Made by a program: the position numbers and the translations under genes
Origin: Ascidiella aspersa
Taxonomy: Eukaryota
Length of the DNA: 64,000 nt
Reading direction: 5' to 3'
Assembly (NCBI GenBank): GCA_963924565.1
Contig: OZ004613.1
Location: forward strand, 22,506,001 to 22,570,000
Notes under the pieces: model-generated
Database searches by the model: none
What the model was told of the DNA's origin: nothing
Seen by the model: the letters and a program-made list of their open reading frames with translations, nothing else
Shown: positions 1-11,400 of the stretch, piece after piece
How the letters are laid out: each line of letters begins with the position of its first letter
Numbering within the stretch: the first letter of the stretch is position 1

Positions 1-3000
1 ATACCTTGAAGAAGTCAAAACCGAACTGAGGGGTGAGTGTGTCATTTTTTCTTTGAACGTTTTTACTTTATTTTGTGAAATTTATTGTCGTTTTGTGGAT
101 AACTTGTTTAGCATCACACCTTTGAACTATAAAAGGCATTTCTACTCAATTATATAGTTTAACATTGATTTATGTGATTTAAAACCATTGCTGAAATATT
201 TGTGAAACTTTGCGAGTATGATCAAGAATGGCAGCATAAGGAGCACATGGACTTAAAATTAGCACAATTAATTCAAGGTTATACTGAACGTATTTTAGTA
301 AGTTTGGTAATCCACTTGCTGTGCCACCAAACGTCACATGTTGCCTATTTAATATTACCTTTTGAAACAACCACTTAAGATGTTGAAACACTTCAGAAAG
401 TAAAAGGATCTTTCGCGGACAATAAAATGTAAAAGAAAGATTCTTGTCTTCGTATCCAAAGATCTTAAGACTGTTTATTTATTAAAACAGATAAAACATA
501 AAATCATTTCTTAAAATCTTACAGAAATATATATATTACGCCTATAAGGCATCATCAGTTTCTGTACAAAAAACAAACATGTAAAAATGCCAATATGGGT
601 CTAGTTGTTGCTTTTGCATCTGACATCTGCAGGTGTTTTATGATTTTAGACCTATACGCTATCCTACTCTTTTTAATTTTATATATTTTACTTTTTAACG
701 ACCCATATTGGCATTTTTACATGTTTGTTTTTTGTACAGAAACTGATGATGCCTTATAGGCGTAATATATATATTTCTGTAAGATTTTAAGAAATTATTT
801 TATGTTTTATCTGTTTTAATAAATAAACAGTCTTAAGATCACTTGAGATGTTCTAAGCACATTTTCGTATTGATTAGCAAACAAAGGTTACGCTTACAAC
901 CCATTTAAAATGAGAAAAACATATAGGCATTGCAAAGCAAAATTCACGAATTAATCAATTGCGAGTAGCGGTATATTAACTCCATTTTTACGGAACATGT
1001 TTGCAGTATCCTGCAAGTTTGCTGCTTCCTATGTTATCGACCTTGAATTCACGATTGTCTGCGAGCACGGTTGCACTCGGGCGCCCCCTGAGGATTGGAT
1101 GGACAGGTCAAACCAGGGTCTCTACTCGGCCACAACTCCAATATGCCTTATAAGTGAGCATTTCGAGCCAACTGTATAGCAATTAACGAAAAGTTACTAG
1201 TTTTGAACACCATTATTTTAAAGGTATTTACCAAATGGGAAGCAAGACTTTTTCAGTTCATTGTTAACGGAAGCATTATGCGACAATTTGGTCTATTTGC
1301 TGGATTTTGAGGGGTTGCTGTGTTTTTTCTGTTTAATAATTTTGGTTTTCAATGTTAGTATGCAAGTCTCTAAGTGCGCACGATTTATTTGACACTCTGT
1401 TCAACATCACATATAGACTAACGTCACCAACAACCATATGCAAATCCATATCGAGGTTTCTCAGTATAATTTTATTAAGAAGTTTAAGAAGATTTTATCT
1501 ACTGATTTTCGTTTTGCAATAAGTTACTGAAGGCTGCTATTAGATTTTACCAGTCTGCCTCGCTAAACTATAAGCATTGTAGAAACAGTTGTTTGTTTCA
1601 CCAAAACAAAATATTATGTTTAGGCCACCAATGGGCTGGAAAGCAGATTTCTATAAGAAGAACCTCGGGTGGCATCAAATACACTGGCGAATTCGAGAAA
1701 TACGTCACCAGCGAGAGTGGCCTAGTGCGTAACCCAAGTCAGGGACACTACCTAATTCAAGGTTGGTGTAACTAGTTTCTATGTACATATTAGCTATCTT
1801 GAACCTTATAAACTGACTCACACGTGAATGATTTGTTAAAAAAGAAAAAAAACAAAGACCCATTTATAGGCTAAATAGTTGGATTTATTTACTAAGGCTG
1901 GTACAATAAAATTTAAATGAATTTTCGCAAATATCTTTATCAATTTACTAGTAGGCTACAGCCAGTCGTTTTAAACAATCTTTGTCATTTAAAAAACTAC
2001 AATTTTCTTTTAACTTATTTTTGCAGACAAGAGCTTCCCGGAAGAAAAGGTGCTTTCAGGTAAATTTTTATTCATTTTGCAAACTTGAAGTCGACGCGAG
2101 CCGTTTTTAAAACAACCTTTTGGTTTCAGTCGGGTGCGAAACAACGGTTGCGTTCGTCAACAGCGACGTGTACACGGCAATCTGTCCTCCGGGATGCAGC
2201 GGAAACACGCTTTGGGGAACTGGAGTTTACTCCGACGACTCCAGTCTGTGCCTGGCTGCCGTCCACGACGGTAGAATCGATTGTGAGTTACAATTAGGCG
2301 CTTCAGTTCTTTCGTTTTACTTTCGGTTTTGAAAATTAGCACTCTTATGTTGTATTGAATGGAGTAACTGTTGTGAAATAAAATAACTTAATTGCAAGAA
2401 TTTTGGGGTTGAAACGACACGACAAGGTTCTTCGAACAAATGATTGGGTTTGGATTTAAGTTATTGCGACGGAAGTTTAACTGAAATGTTTTTATAACAA
2501 TTAAAATGCTTTTCATCACAGCTGAAATGTTTTTCATAACAGCAAAATGGATTATTTAGCTGAGATTTGTATGTAAAACAGTAGGCCTACGCTTGCTATA
2601 TGTTTTCGTTTATGTTCTTCTCTTTATATTCGACACCATTTATTTTTAATGATTTAGATCAGGGGTGAGCAACTTTTTCTAGTCGTGGGCCAAAACCAAT
2701 CTAAAAAAGGTCTCCGCGGGCCGTAATATGTCAACTTTGTAGACTTTACGCATCTTATTATCACTGCAACGACAGTTAATTAGGGATAAAGCTAGGGTAT
2801 TTTACAATTTACACTAGATGGAGGAACAAGATTAACGCAAAGCGCAAAAAATATTTGCTTTTTCGTAGTTAAAATAGCTAAAAAATATGAAGAATGACCT
2901 CGTGCCCAGTTGTAAAATAGGTCGCGGGCCGGATCTGGCCCGCGGGCCGTAAGTTGCCCACCCCCCCTGATTTAGATTGTCGTCAGTGGTTTAATTATAC

Positions 3001-4347
3001 TTAAACGGGATTTCAGTCATTTTTTTATATGCGATAATAATGGCAAGATCTACATTGAATTGTTGACCTTACTTTATGGAAACAATATTGTAGGAGAAAT
3101 GTCCTTTTTTGTGTAAAATACTTTATTAGGAGCTTGCAAAAATGTTACCGACTGTATTGCAAAATAATGTAGGCTATTGTGTACGTGTTCCACAGGGAGA
3201 CGTGGTGGAGCGGTAGCCCTACGAAAAACTCCAGGCCTCGATGCCTACATCGGAACGGAAGAGAATGGAATTACAAGCCAGTCTAAAGATCATCCCTGGA
3301 TGACATCTTTTGTTTTTCAGAGTAAGATTTCTCAACATAGGCCTAATAAAGCTAGAATTTAGAATATAGCCTGCCACGTGCAACGGGTAGCGATGTTGAC
3401 AAAGATCTATAAGTTAGCTTTGTACGGTCCAACAATAAGAACTACAGAATTACCATTGTAGGCCTAATTTATCAGACCACAGTGATCATTGTACGCTTTC
3501 TTCTAAACCTGTTTGCAACTACATTTTCTTGTTATTTCAGATGTATTGCAACACCGAACCTCCACGTTCACAAGTAAGTATGACAGTTTGATCTAAGTCA
3601 AATGATTGCCAATGTATTTCGCACTACGATTGCTCTTAATACGTTTTAGTGGACTAAAATGCTCCAAATAACAAGTTGTTTAAACCCGGTTAGAAAACAT
3701 GGTTTTGTATGTTCCTTTCAGTCTCGTGCAAAACGATGGCAGTCTCGATTGAAAGCGAAGAGTTTGGGGTGATCTGTCCGAGTGGCTGCGAAAACAACTA
3801 CGAGGTTTGGGGCACGGAAAACTACTTTGAATTCTCGTTGATCTGTACGGCCGCTATACACAACGGAACTATAACAGGTAAGAGCTCAAGTTGCAGCAGT
3901 GGTTTCAATCGTTGGTGCCTGTAATGTTTCTATAAGATTTTTTAATCTTGTCGGTTTAAGCAAAAAATAACAGGCCACACTTAATGATGGAATAAGCCAA
4001 ATCGAACGAATTCCGATCTGTGTATGTATGGAGATTTTTTCACATTGAACCCGGAAAAATTAATTTAATAAAAATGCTAGCAAATTATTAACTAAACTAC
4101 AAAGTTTGTTTATTCTCAAACTGGTGGAAAAAATGGGGTGATATAAGCGACTCGTACAGCGCAAAACACAAGTTGGTCTGCAACATGTTACCACGCTACT
4201 TTTTAATCGTTTTCAGCACAAGGAGGTTTGGTGAAAGTTCTCAAAACCGACCCGCAACGTATGTACCGGGCAAGCCTGCGCAACGGCATCCACAGCATGC
4301 CGATTCGGGGTCAGCAGGGACAACGCTCCTTTGTCGTCTTTGCGTAA
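1..4347 (+). CDS. LCCL-domain repeat protein, 3' part (>=3 tandem LCCL domains; 5' end outside window)
   Basis: Exons <1-32, 1007-1153, 1624-1761, 2027-2059, 2130-2282, 3196-3321, 3541-3573, 3722-3877, 4217-4347(TAA). All introns GT-AG and phase 1. LCCL motifs: CPPGC...WGTGVYSDDSSLCLAAVHDG...GG...YIGTEENGITS and CPSGC...VWGTENYFEFSLICTAAIHNG...GG...YRASLRNGIHS...SFVV. Confidence 0.85.
414..840. mobile_element. Inverted-repeat element with 141-bp arms (461-601 / 700-840) carrying a minimal hammerhead motif; probable Penelope-like retroelement remnant
   Basis: Arms are reverse complements with one mismatch. A related copy lies at ~31537-31796. Confidence 0.7.
735..781 (+). ncRNA. Minimal type I hammerhead ribozyme motif (core GAAA mutated to GUAA); mirror copy at 520-566 (-)
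   Basis: TACAGAAA-CTGATGA-T-GCCT tat AGGC-GTAA-T ATAT A-TA-TTTCTGTA: stem I, core, stem II, 2-bp stem III with palindromic loop. Confidence 0.6.
1007..1153 (+). CDS. LCCL protein exon (degenerate LCCL N-half)
   Basis: ttgcag|...|gtgagc; VSCKF...VCEHGC...GLYSATTPICLI. Confidence 0.75.
   Translation, partial: YPASLLLPMLSTLNSRLSASTVALGRPLRIGWTGQTRVSTRPQLQYAL
1624..1761 (+). CDS. LCCL protein exon (degenerate LCCL C-half)
   Basis: tttag|...|gttggt; HQWAGKQISIRRTSGGIKYTGEFEKYVTS... Confidence 0.7.
2130..2282 (+). CDS. LCCL protein exon (LCCL N-half)
   Basis: tttcag|...|gtgagt; CPPGCSGNTLWGTGVYSDDSSLCLAAVHDGRI. Confidence 0.9.
2660..2969. mobile_element. hAT (Charlie-like) MITE
   Basis: TIRs CAGGGGTGAGCAACT / AGTTGCCCACCCCCCCTG; exact 8-bp TSD ATTTAGAT; GGCCCGCGGGCC subterminal motif. 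Confidence 0.9.
3196..3321 (+). CDS. LCCL protein exon (LCCL C-half)
   Basis: cacag|...|gtaaga; GGAVALRKTPGLDAYIGTEENGITSQS...SFVF. Confidence 0.88.
3722..3877 (+). CDS. LCCL protein exon (LCCL N-half)
   Basis: tttcag|...|gtaaga; CPSGCENNYEVWGTENYFEFSLICTAAIHNGTI. Confidence 0.9.
4217..4347 (+). CDS. LCCL protein terminal exon (LCCL C-half, stop)
   Basis: ttttcag|CA CAA GGA GGT...; QGGLVKVLKTDPQRMYRASLRNGIHSM...SFVVFA*. Confidence 0.85.
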
Positions 4348-4442
4348 CTCCGCGCGGGAGCCAACGCGCATCTCGACACTATAGTCCCGAAACCTAGTCA
4401 ACTATTCGCCAGTCAACTTTCGCATCGGTCATTCATCTAGCC

Positions 4443-4631
4443 CAGGGGTCACCAAACTACGGCCCGCGGGCCAGATCCAACCTGTCGGGTCAAATATTCC
4501 GGCTTGATGCTTATCTTTTTGATGAAGATGAACTAAAGTTTGAATGTTGTTTGTATTTACTTCGTTTAACGATGATTAAGGTATTAAAGTTCGGCAAGAA
4601 TAGTTTTCCGAAAAAAGTTTGGTGACCCCTG
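4443..4631. mobile_element. hAT (Charlie-like) MITE
   Basis: TIRs CAGGGGTCACCAAACT / AGTTTGGTGACCCCTG; exact TSD ATCTAGCC. Confidence 0.92.
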
Positions 4632-5359
4632 ATCTAGCCGGCGCTATATTTGCGTCTTGGGAAATGTTGTACATATGTTAAACCGAGCTTCGTTTCTCTT
4701 TCGTGACAAGGTTCCCGTGTTGGGCAGTTGCATTGACTTCTAGCTACGCCAAGACCGCAACGAGGTCTAATCGTGCTGTAACAAAGTCGACATTCCAAGT
4801 AGTTGTTTAAGCTTATATAACGACATATATAAGCTTAAATTTATAACGACAAACTACTGCTTAAGGGTTATTTGTCACCGATAATTGATCGGCTTTTGTG
4901 TGATCGACTTTTCATTTTGGGCAGACCTTTTGGAATACACAATCGACGTGATGGTGCATAAAGTAAAACCAGTTCATACATCAGCTTTGAAAAGTTTATT
5001 TAAAGGGATAATGACACAATTTACCACTATGTTAAAATACGCTTTAAAACCCAAGAATGTATTGGTGTAAAGGAGGCTTGAAACAAAATGTGCACCGCGT
5101 GCTTACTGAGCCGACACGTACAGTGAATTATTTAATTAACAGTAAAAAACTGTGATTTGTTTAATAGCGCATGTAAGTTTCCCCATAGCGTATGCTTTTG
5201 CTTGTGACGCAATTTCCGAAGAGATATGCCTTTTCGTCTGGTATTTTAACGATGTGTAACCATTATGTGCTTCAATAAACATATCATGCATATTTGAATG
5301 TTAGTGTGAAGTTTGAAAACTTCCGCTTGTTTTTTTGACGTTTAGAATTTCAATAAACA

Positions 5360-5443
5360 TCAGAATAGGCCGACTTTTAGAGAAAGATTTTTGCATGCAG
5401 GTATGACGTGATCTTTTAATAGTTCCATCAATGACTTGCGCAC
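5360..5443 (-). CDS. CMSS1: CMSS1 terminal exon
   Basis: tttcag|[27 protein letters not shown]. Confidence 0.92.
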   Translation of the reverse strand: MRKSLMELLKDHVIPACKNLSLKVGLF

Positions 5444-8400
5444 CTGAAATAAAGCATATATTTGTTAAATGCTACAGCTAGAAGGTACTAATAATATTGA
5501 AGTATAACGATATTTGTAGGAAAAGGTTAGCGGGGAACAGTAAAACAGCCGCTTTGTCTGCTTCAAATGAGAACAACCCTAAAAAAACCTATAGCTGTTT
5601 AAATTATGTAATAGAGTAGGCTGCAATATTGCAAAATCGCTATAACAATTGCAAATAACCAAAAGCAAAGCAGCCAAGTGTAGAATGAGGACCAAGTGTA
5701 GAATGAGGACCAAGTGTAGAATGAGGCGGTTGTTTAATTTAGTCATTTTCAACTGGATTTTCTTTCGCCAATAATACCGTACTGTATATTCCATTGTTCC
5801 AAACTGTATTTTTGCCTATCATGACTATGTTAAAGCAAACTGTTTACAGGTTGACTATCTAGTCTTATCCCATTAGAAAATATGTATAGGCTATCCTGTG
5901 ACTTTTTGCAAAAAGCAATTTCAGCCAATTTAATCCAATCGTACCTCTTCGATAACGTCCTAATAATATGACATTTAAACTTACTTTCAACGTATTGGAA
6001 CTTAACTTTTACAAAATAAATGCACTGTATGTGTAATGCATATCTGGAAATAAACCCTGACAATTGTTAGCCTAAAATATAAGAATTCCGTTACGTTATG
6101 TTAGATTTTAATTGCACACCCCAGACACCAAATTTCAAAAGATATCTCATTCTTTATAACGTATCGTTTTAAAGTAACTTCGTATACGGCAATGTTTTGA
6201 TGTAACTTTATAAGGTTATATTTGACAATATTCCTCCTACCCTATCAAAAATCCTGAAACCGCCCTTAGGCATATGGTTAAATTGGAATTTTTGAAATTG
6301 CAGTTCTAAGCAAAAATGTCTAAGACAATTAGTGCATCCAAAGAATCAAAAAGTCCGACTTTTAAATTTTGAGGTCTTGGAAAATACACTAATTTGACTT
6401 AACAAATGTGCATAAGAAGTTTAAGTTTAACAATACTTGATCCACACAAACCCAAAGGTTACCAGCACCCTATCCCAAATAATGTGCGTTGATTTAATAA
6501 AGACATAAACGTTTAAGACCCCAATACCTCAATTTGTTACGTAACAATCCTATATACAATGGATGAGGAACTATCTTATGCCCACCCGAGTTTGGGTTTT
6601 TTCCCAGCGTTCAAATATTTATTAAATTAATGCACATTATTTGGGTTAGCGTTTGGGTTCTGGTGGGTCAGGTGTTAATAACCACATCTCACATTTTTTG
6701 CTATCTTTTGTGAATTCACAGCGAGTATTAAAAGGTCCAAACTAGTGCATTGCCACGACCTCAAGGTCAGAATTTTTTGCCCTTGGATGCCCTAATTGTC
6801 GTAGACCTTTTTGCTTAGAAATGCACTAATTTCTAAAAATTAGGTGATTTGCTTTAGCTTTGGAAAGCTTGTTTACTTTAAGTGTGGATTTCCTATGTTT
6901 TTGTAAATATAGCTTTTCCGGTGGAAAAGGCTGCTTTGGATTGCAAGCTATGGCCCAGATGTCGACTACAGTCTGGTTTACGATTTACCGATACCACAAA
7001 ATACTAAGACGCACCAAAAATCCCACTTGACAACGTGCATTGTTCAGATCTGACAACATTGGACAATACAACCGGTCATTTTCTTTAAAACAATAACCTA
7101 ATTGTAGCGCTTGGGCAGTGTCGCGAAAATTACCTCGGGTACGTCCATGATGGTTTTGCGTTTGACGTCACACCAATTCCAATCGATGACGAAAGCTCGC
7201 GTGTGTTCCAGTGAAAGCATTTCTAACGAAAAATAATTTCTATTAATACCGTTTGCTAACAAAATCGGATACAATTTAGTTAGCAATGCTAGGTATTTGC
7301 AAGATAATGAAAATGTCAAATTTTAAAACAAATAAAAAATGGCTTGTGTTGAGACGAAATACTAGTCATGTTTGGAGCCAATATTGCTGTACAAAGTAGG
7401 TTAGTATGTCACATTGGGGTTTTAAACAGGGTTTGGCGTGTTGCCAATTCAATATGGTTTGGATTTTTAAAGGTAAAGAAAGTATCAATATATTGCTTTA
7501 ATAAAACACTTATCACTTACTAGTATACTAATGGTAAAAAAATATATATATTATTTTGTTTTCTACGCAATACAGAAGGCCAATAATCAAAATGTTCAAT
7601 ATTATGAACTTAATGTTGTCTAATTTTCATAGAAAACACTTTTTTTGATCTGAAACTCTCGGAATGCAAAATGCGACAAAAAACTGTTTTATCTTGTAAC
7701 CTACGAAGTAGGTTAACTAACAGTCCCAATTGAAATCCGTTGAATGGATTTAAACGGTATTTGACAACAATTTTATTCGCAAAACATGAGCAAAAAACGA
7801 GCAAAGCGCTAACGGCAATCAATTTACAGGAAGCCAAGATCCACTCGGACATGCGACGCGCAAAAAAACAAACAGGTAAGTTGAAGTATCGAAACACTGC
7901 GCATACACAAAACGAAAAACTTGTATGTACTCAGGTTTGTCATGCTTTTTACAGGCGACGAAGAATAAACGAGAGAAATATAATAAAAGCGATTAAACAT
8001 AATTAAATATAGGGTAATGGTTCGGGTGAGTTGGCAGTGGTGAGCACCGTATCAGCGCAAAGTTTCTTCATATTGAGCATTGAAAGCAGTTTTAAAAAGC
8101 CGAAAAGCAAAAACAGAAGAGCTAATTCAAACTTCTGCAGGTTAAAACCTTGGGCTGGTGAGTGACACCGCTGAGAATCAAAGTTTTATTTCGCTGGAAT
8201 CCAAAGGCGGAACTCTTGATCTGCAAAAAAACAACAACTAGCGAAATCGAGTAAGCTGGTGTTCCTAGCAAGCTCTTCGAAGACTTGGGGTACAAAAAGA
8301 CGTACTTGCCGCGTTCACATGGAGCAAATAATTGCCTTACACAAATAGTACAAGCTCTTCGGAGACTTCGGGCGCAAAAAAACGTTCTTGATGCCTTGGA

Positions 8401-11400
8401 GCCGACTCCACGGAGCAAATAGTTGCCTTACACACATAGTATTATAAAACGTGAAAGCAAATTAAATCAATCCGTTGTGTTGCAAGTGTGGCGGTGGTGG
8501 TGGCAGGTCTGAGGGAGATCGAACCGGTTGAGACCGGTTTTCCAGGCGGGTCGACTCCGAACCGGAACTAGAAAGAGTTGGACTGTCCCGGGACGACCCA
8601 CTGTCCGCCCTTTGACCTCTGTTGTTGTTGTCTAGTGATGACGTGGTCGATTGGGCCTCGTCGATTCCGCTGTCCACGCCCGATGTCGTCACACCCGGAA
8701 GCGATTTGAGCGTGTGCGAGTTTGGGCTTGATGTGATTGACTGTATGTAAAACACATAGTTTTATCATTTATTATTGTCGATACAAACCCATTATTTATT
8801 TAAAAAACTGTATCACGCTATAGAAGTGATTTTATTAGAATACCTTTAAGGCCTCAAATTGTTACAAAATTATAAATGGGTTCGACCAACCTTACGATAA
8901 AGTAATGATTTATCGTGGAAAACTTTGTTTACATAAAAAGCCTAATCACGTATTTTTTTTTTAAGATTTTTAGGTCGCTATAGTATTTCATAGAATTCTG
9001 AACTCAATCTTTAGACTGTTTAATAAAAGCAAAAAACACGTTTTTCAAGATATGTTTTTATAGTTTCCTTACATACGAAGGCGTTTAAACTTGTTTGTTT
9101 AATTTGATCAAAATATAGCGTTTAACGATCGTTAGTATAAATTATGTAAGCGTGGTTTTCCAAAGTTATTAGTTCGGGTTAGTTTTGCAAATCTTAAGGG
9201 ACGGTGAGCTTAAATTTTTTTCAAAAAGTGTCCCCTACTGAAAAAGGTTGGAAACCACTGCTCTAAGGAGACGGATTGTGTGGTAGCAGAAATAGGCTAC
9301 TTACGCTGGCTGGTTCTTTTCCGGCTTCATTTGCGACTCTGATGTCGTCGAGAGAAACGTCGTGGTACATTTGAGGAACAGACACTGGTTGGCGCTCGCG
9401 GTACTTTCGTCTCGGAACCCATTTGCCTGAAGGAAAATTATTACGTATTTATGGAATGTTTTGCGTTTAAATGGCATGCAGCACGATTTTAAAACAAGCG
9501 GCATTATATAAAAGGTATGCACGCAAAAAAAAACAGGAAGAATTATATGTTTTATGCAAACCCTACTTGTCATCTACGGCATGGAAACGTCAGTTCAAAA
9601 ACATCGAGAATTTTTTCGTTTTCAAAATAATGCTATTAGAGTACAAGCTAGGGTAGCATTATTTTCAAATGATAAAATTAGATAGTGAATGCGATGATGC
9701 TAATATATGTAATGACGCAATGTGCATTGCGGGTAGAAGTGAGTCTCTAGGAAATATGGAAAAGCTAGTCGCCACGACTTTCTTATCTTTGCAACAATGT
9801 CAGTTTGACCTTACGTCAAACGAATTTATTATGTCACAAGAAAAGTGTTTTGCTAATGTGTATAAATCAAATGTTTTACTTTTTTACAAAACGTCGCTCG
9901 ACTATTCCGAAAAAAAAACAAGTTGTGCGATTTCGCGAAGGCCTCGTAAAGATCCAAACTTAAAAGTTTGACCAGACATCGAATAGAGCAGCTAGAACCC
10001 TATCACTGATTAACAAGAATCTCACCTGTTTTTCTTCGTCGCTCGGAACAGCAGAACACCATCGTCAAAATAACCGCCAAAAGAATAAGAGCTGCGACCA
10101 CGGCGAGCGCAATAATGAGGGTGAGGCTGATTACAGCAATGCGGGGTTCCCGTGGGGCCGGGCCGGGGTCGGTCACGTTGCCCCAGTGGGTGCTGTTACC
10201 GGTGAGGTTGACGTTGGAAGTGGTGAAGGGGAAGGGCGTGCTTCCTGTGCAGCAACGAACAGAAGGTTAGAAGGCGTTCGACAAAATTGTATGACTGATA
10301 TGATATTGGTTGAACCCTTGGTGTGGGTTGTATAGGCTTAAGCTATATAGGCTTATTAATGTTAAAGTATTACATTTTGTGCAGCTCTTTAGGTAAAATT
10401 TATTGAAAAATGTTGTATGCAGGAATGGCGAAAAAATGTGTACCTTTGTTATTAAATGAGGAATACACGATTCAAAATTCAACTTACCAAGTTTTTCGGT
10501 TGCGTTTTTGATAGTTTGCGTCGTAACAGAAACCGCTGCCGCCGTTGTCAGACCCGGGGAAGTTTTAGTCGACGGGTCACTTGTGACGACATCACTAGTG
10601 ACGACATCACTGGTGACGTATTCAACGGACGTTGTAGCGACGTCATAGGTGCTTTGTGGCACGGTTGAGGTAGTTGCACCGGCGCTCGAAGTTTCAGAAT
10701 CAAAAGATGTCGAGGTGGCGGCGGACTGTGACGTAGCGGGATACGACGTGATGGGTTGTGACGTGATGGGTTGTGACGTAATGGGTTGTGACGTAATGGG
10801 TTGTGACGTGATGGGTTGTGACGGGACGGGTTGTGACGTCACCATCTCTGACGTAGTCGTCGTTTGAGGTTGCGAGGTTTCGGTTTGAGTGGTTTCGCCA
10901 ACCAGCGGGACGGTGATAGTGGAAGTGTATTGTAGAAGGGTGGACAAGGTTGAAATCACCCTTGTGGTGAACTCGCCAAGCGTGGTTTCACTTGGCGTGC
11001 TTTCCACGGTCGTGGGCGACGTTTCCGGGGCAACAGAGGTGGTCGGGAGGCAGGGGGGACACACCTCGGTCTCGGTCTCCCTTCCCGGATCGCCGTTGGG
11101 ATGCTCGTAATCCTCCACGTGTCGACAACTGGCAGGAAAGACTTCCGAGCCGAACTTGTTGACGCACGTGCGCACTCTGCAATGCAAAAGTATAGTCGGA
11201 TGGTCATCTTTTAGTTTTTTTGTTCTTTATGCTTTTAACAGATGTGTGCAATCATACCGATAAGCAACCTATCGATAAAAACTTTGTCTGCCTGAGAACG
11301 TAAGAGTAAATTTGACTAAACTTCAGTTTTTGTAACACGGAACCTTAGTTTCAACTTGGGTTTCCCATTTCGGCATTGCATTTAAAAGCATATACTTTGG

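Noticed and set aside
1-4347. LCCL gene as a DCBLD2 orthologue (DCBLD2 is near CMSS1 in human)
   Set aside because: It has multiple LCCL domains and stops right after the last one, with no discoidin, TM or tail.
5673-5726. CRISPR-like or coding (LILHLV)n repeat
   Set aside because: Head-to-tail minisatellite without spacers in a eukaryotic intron.
10649-11110. + strand ORFs with (GCDVM)n repeats
   Set aside because: Antisense shadow of the mucin exon.
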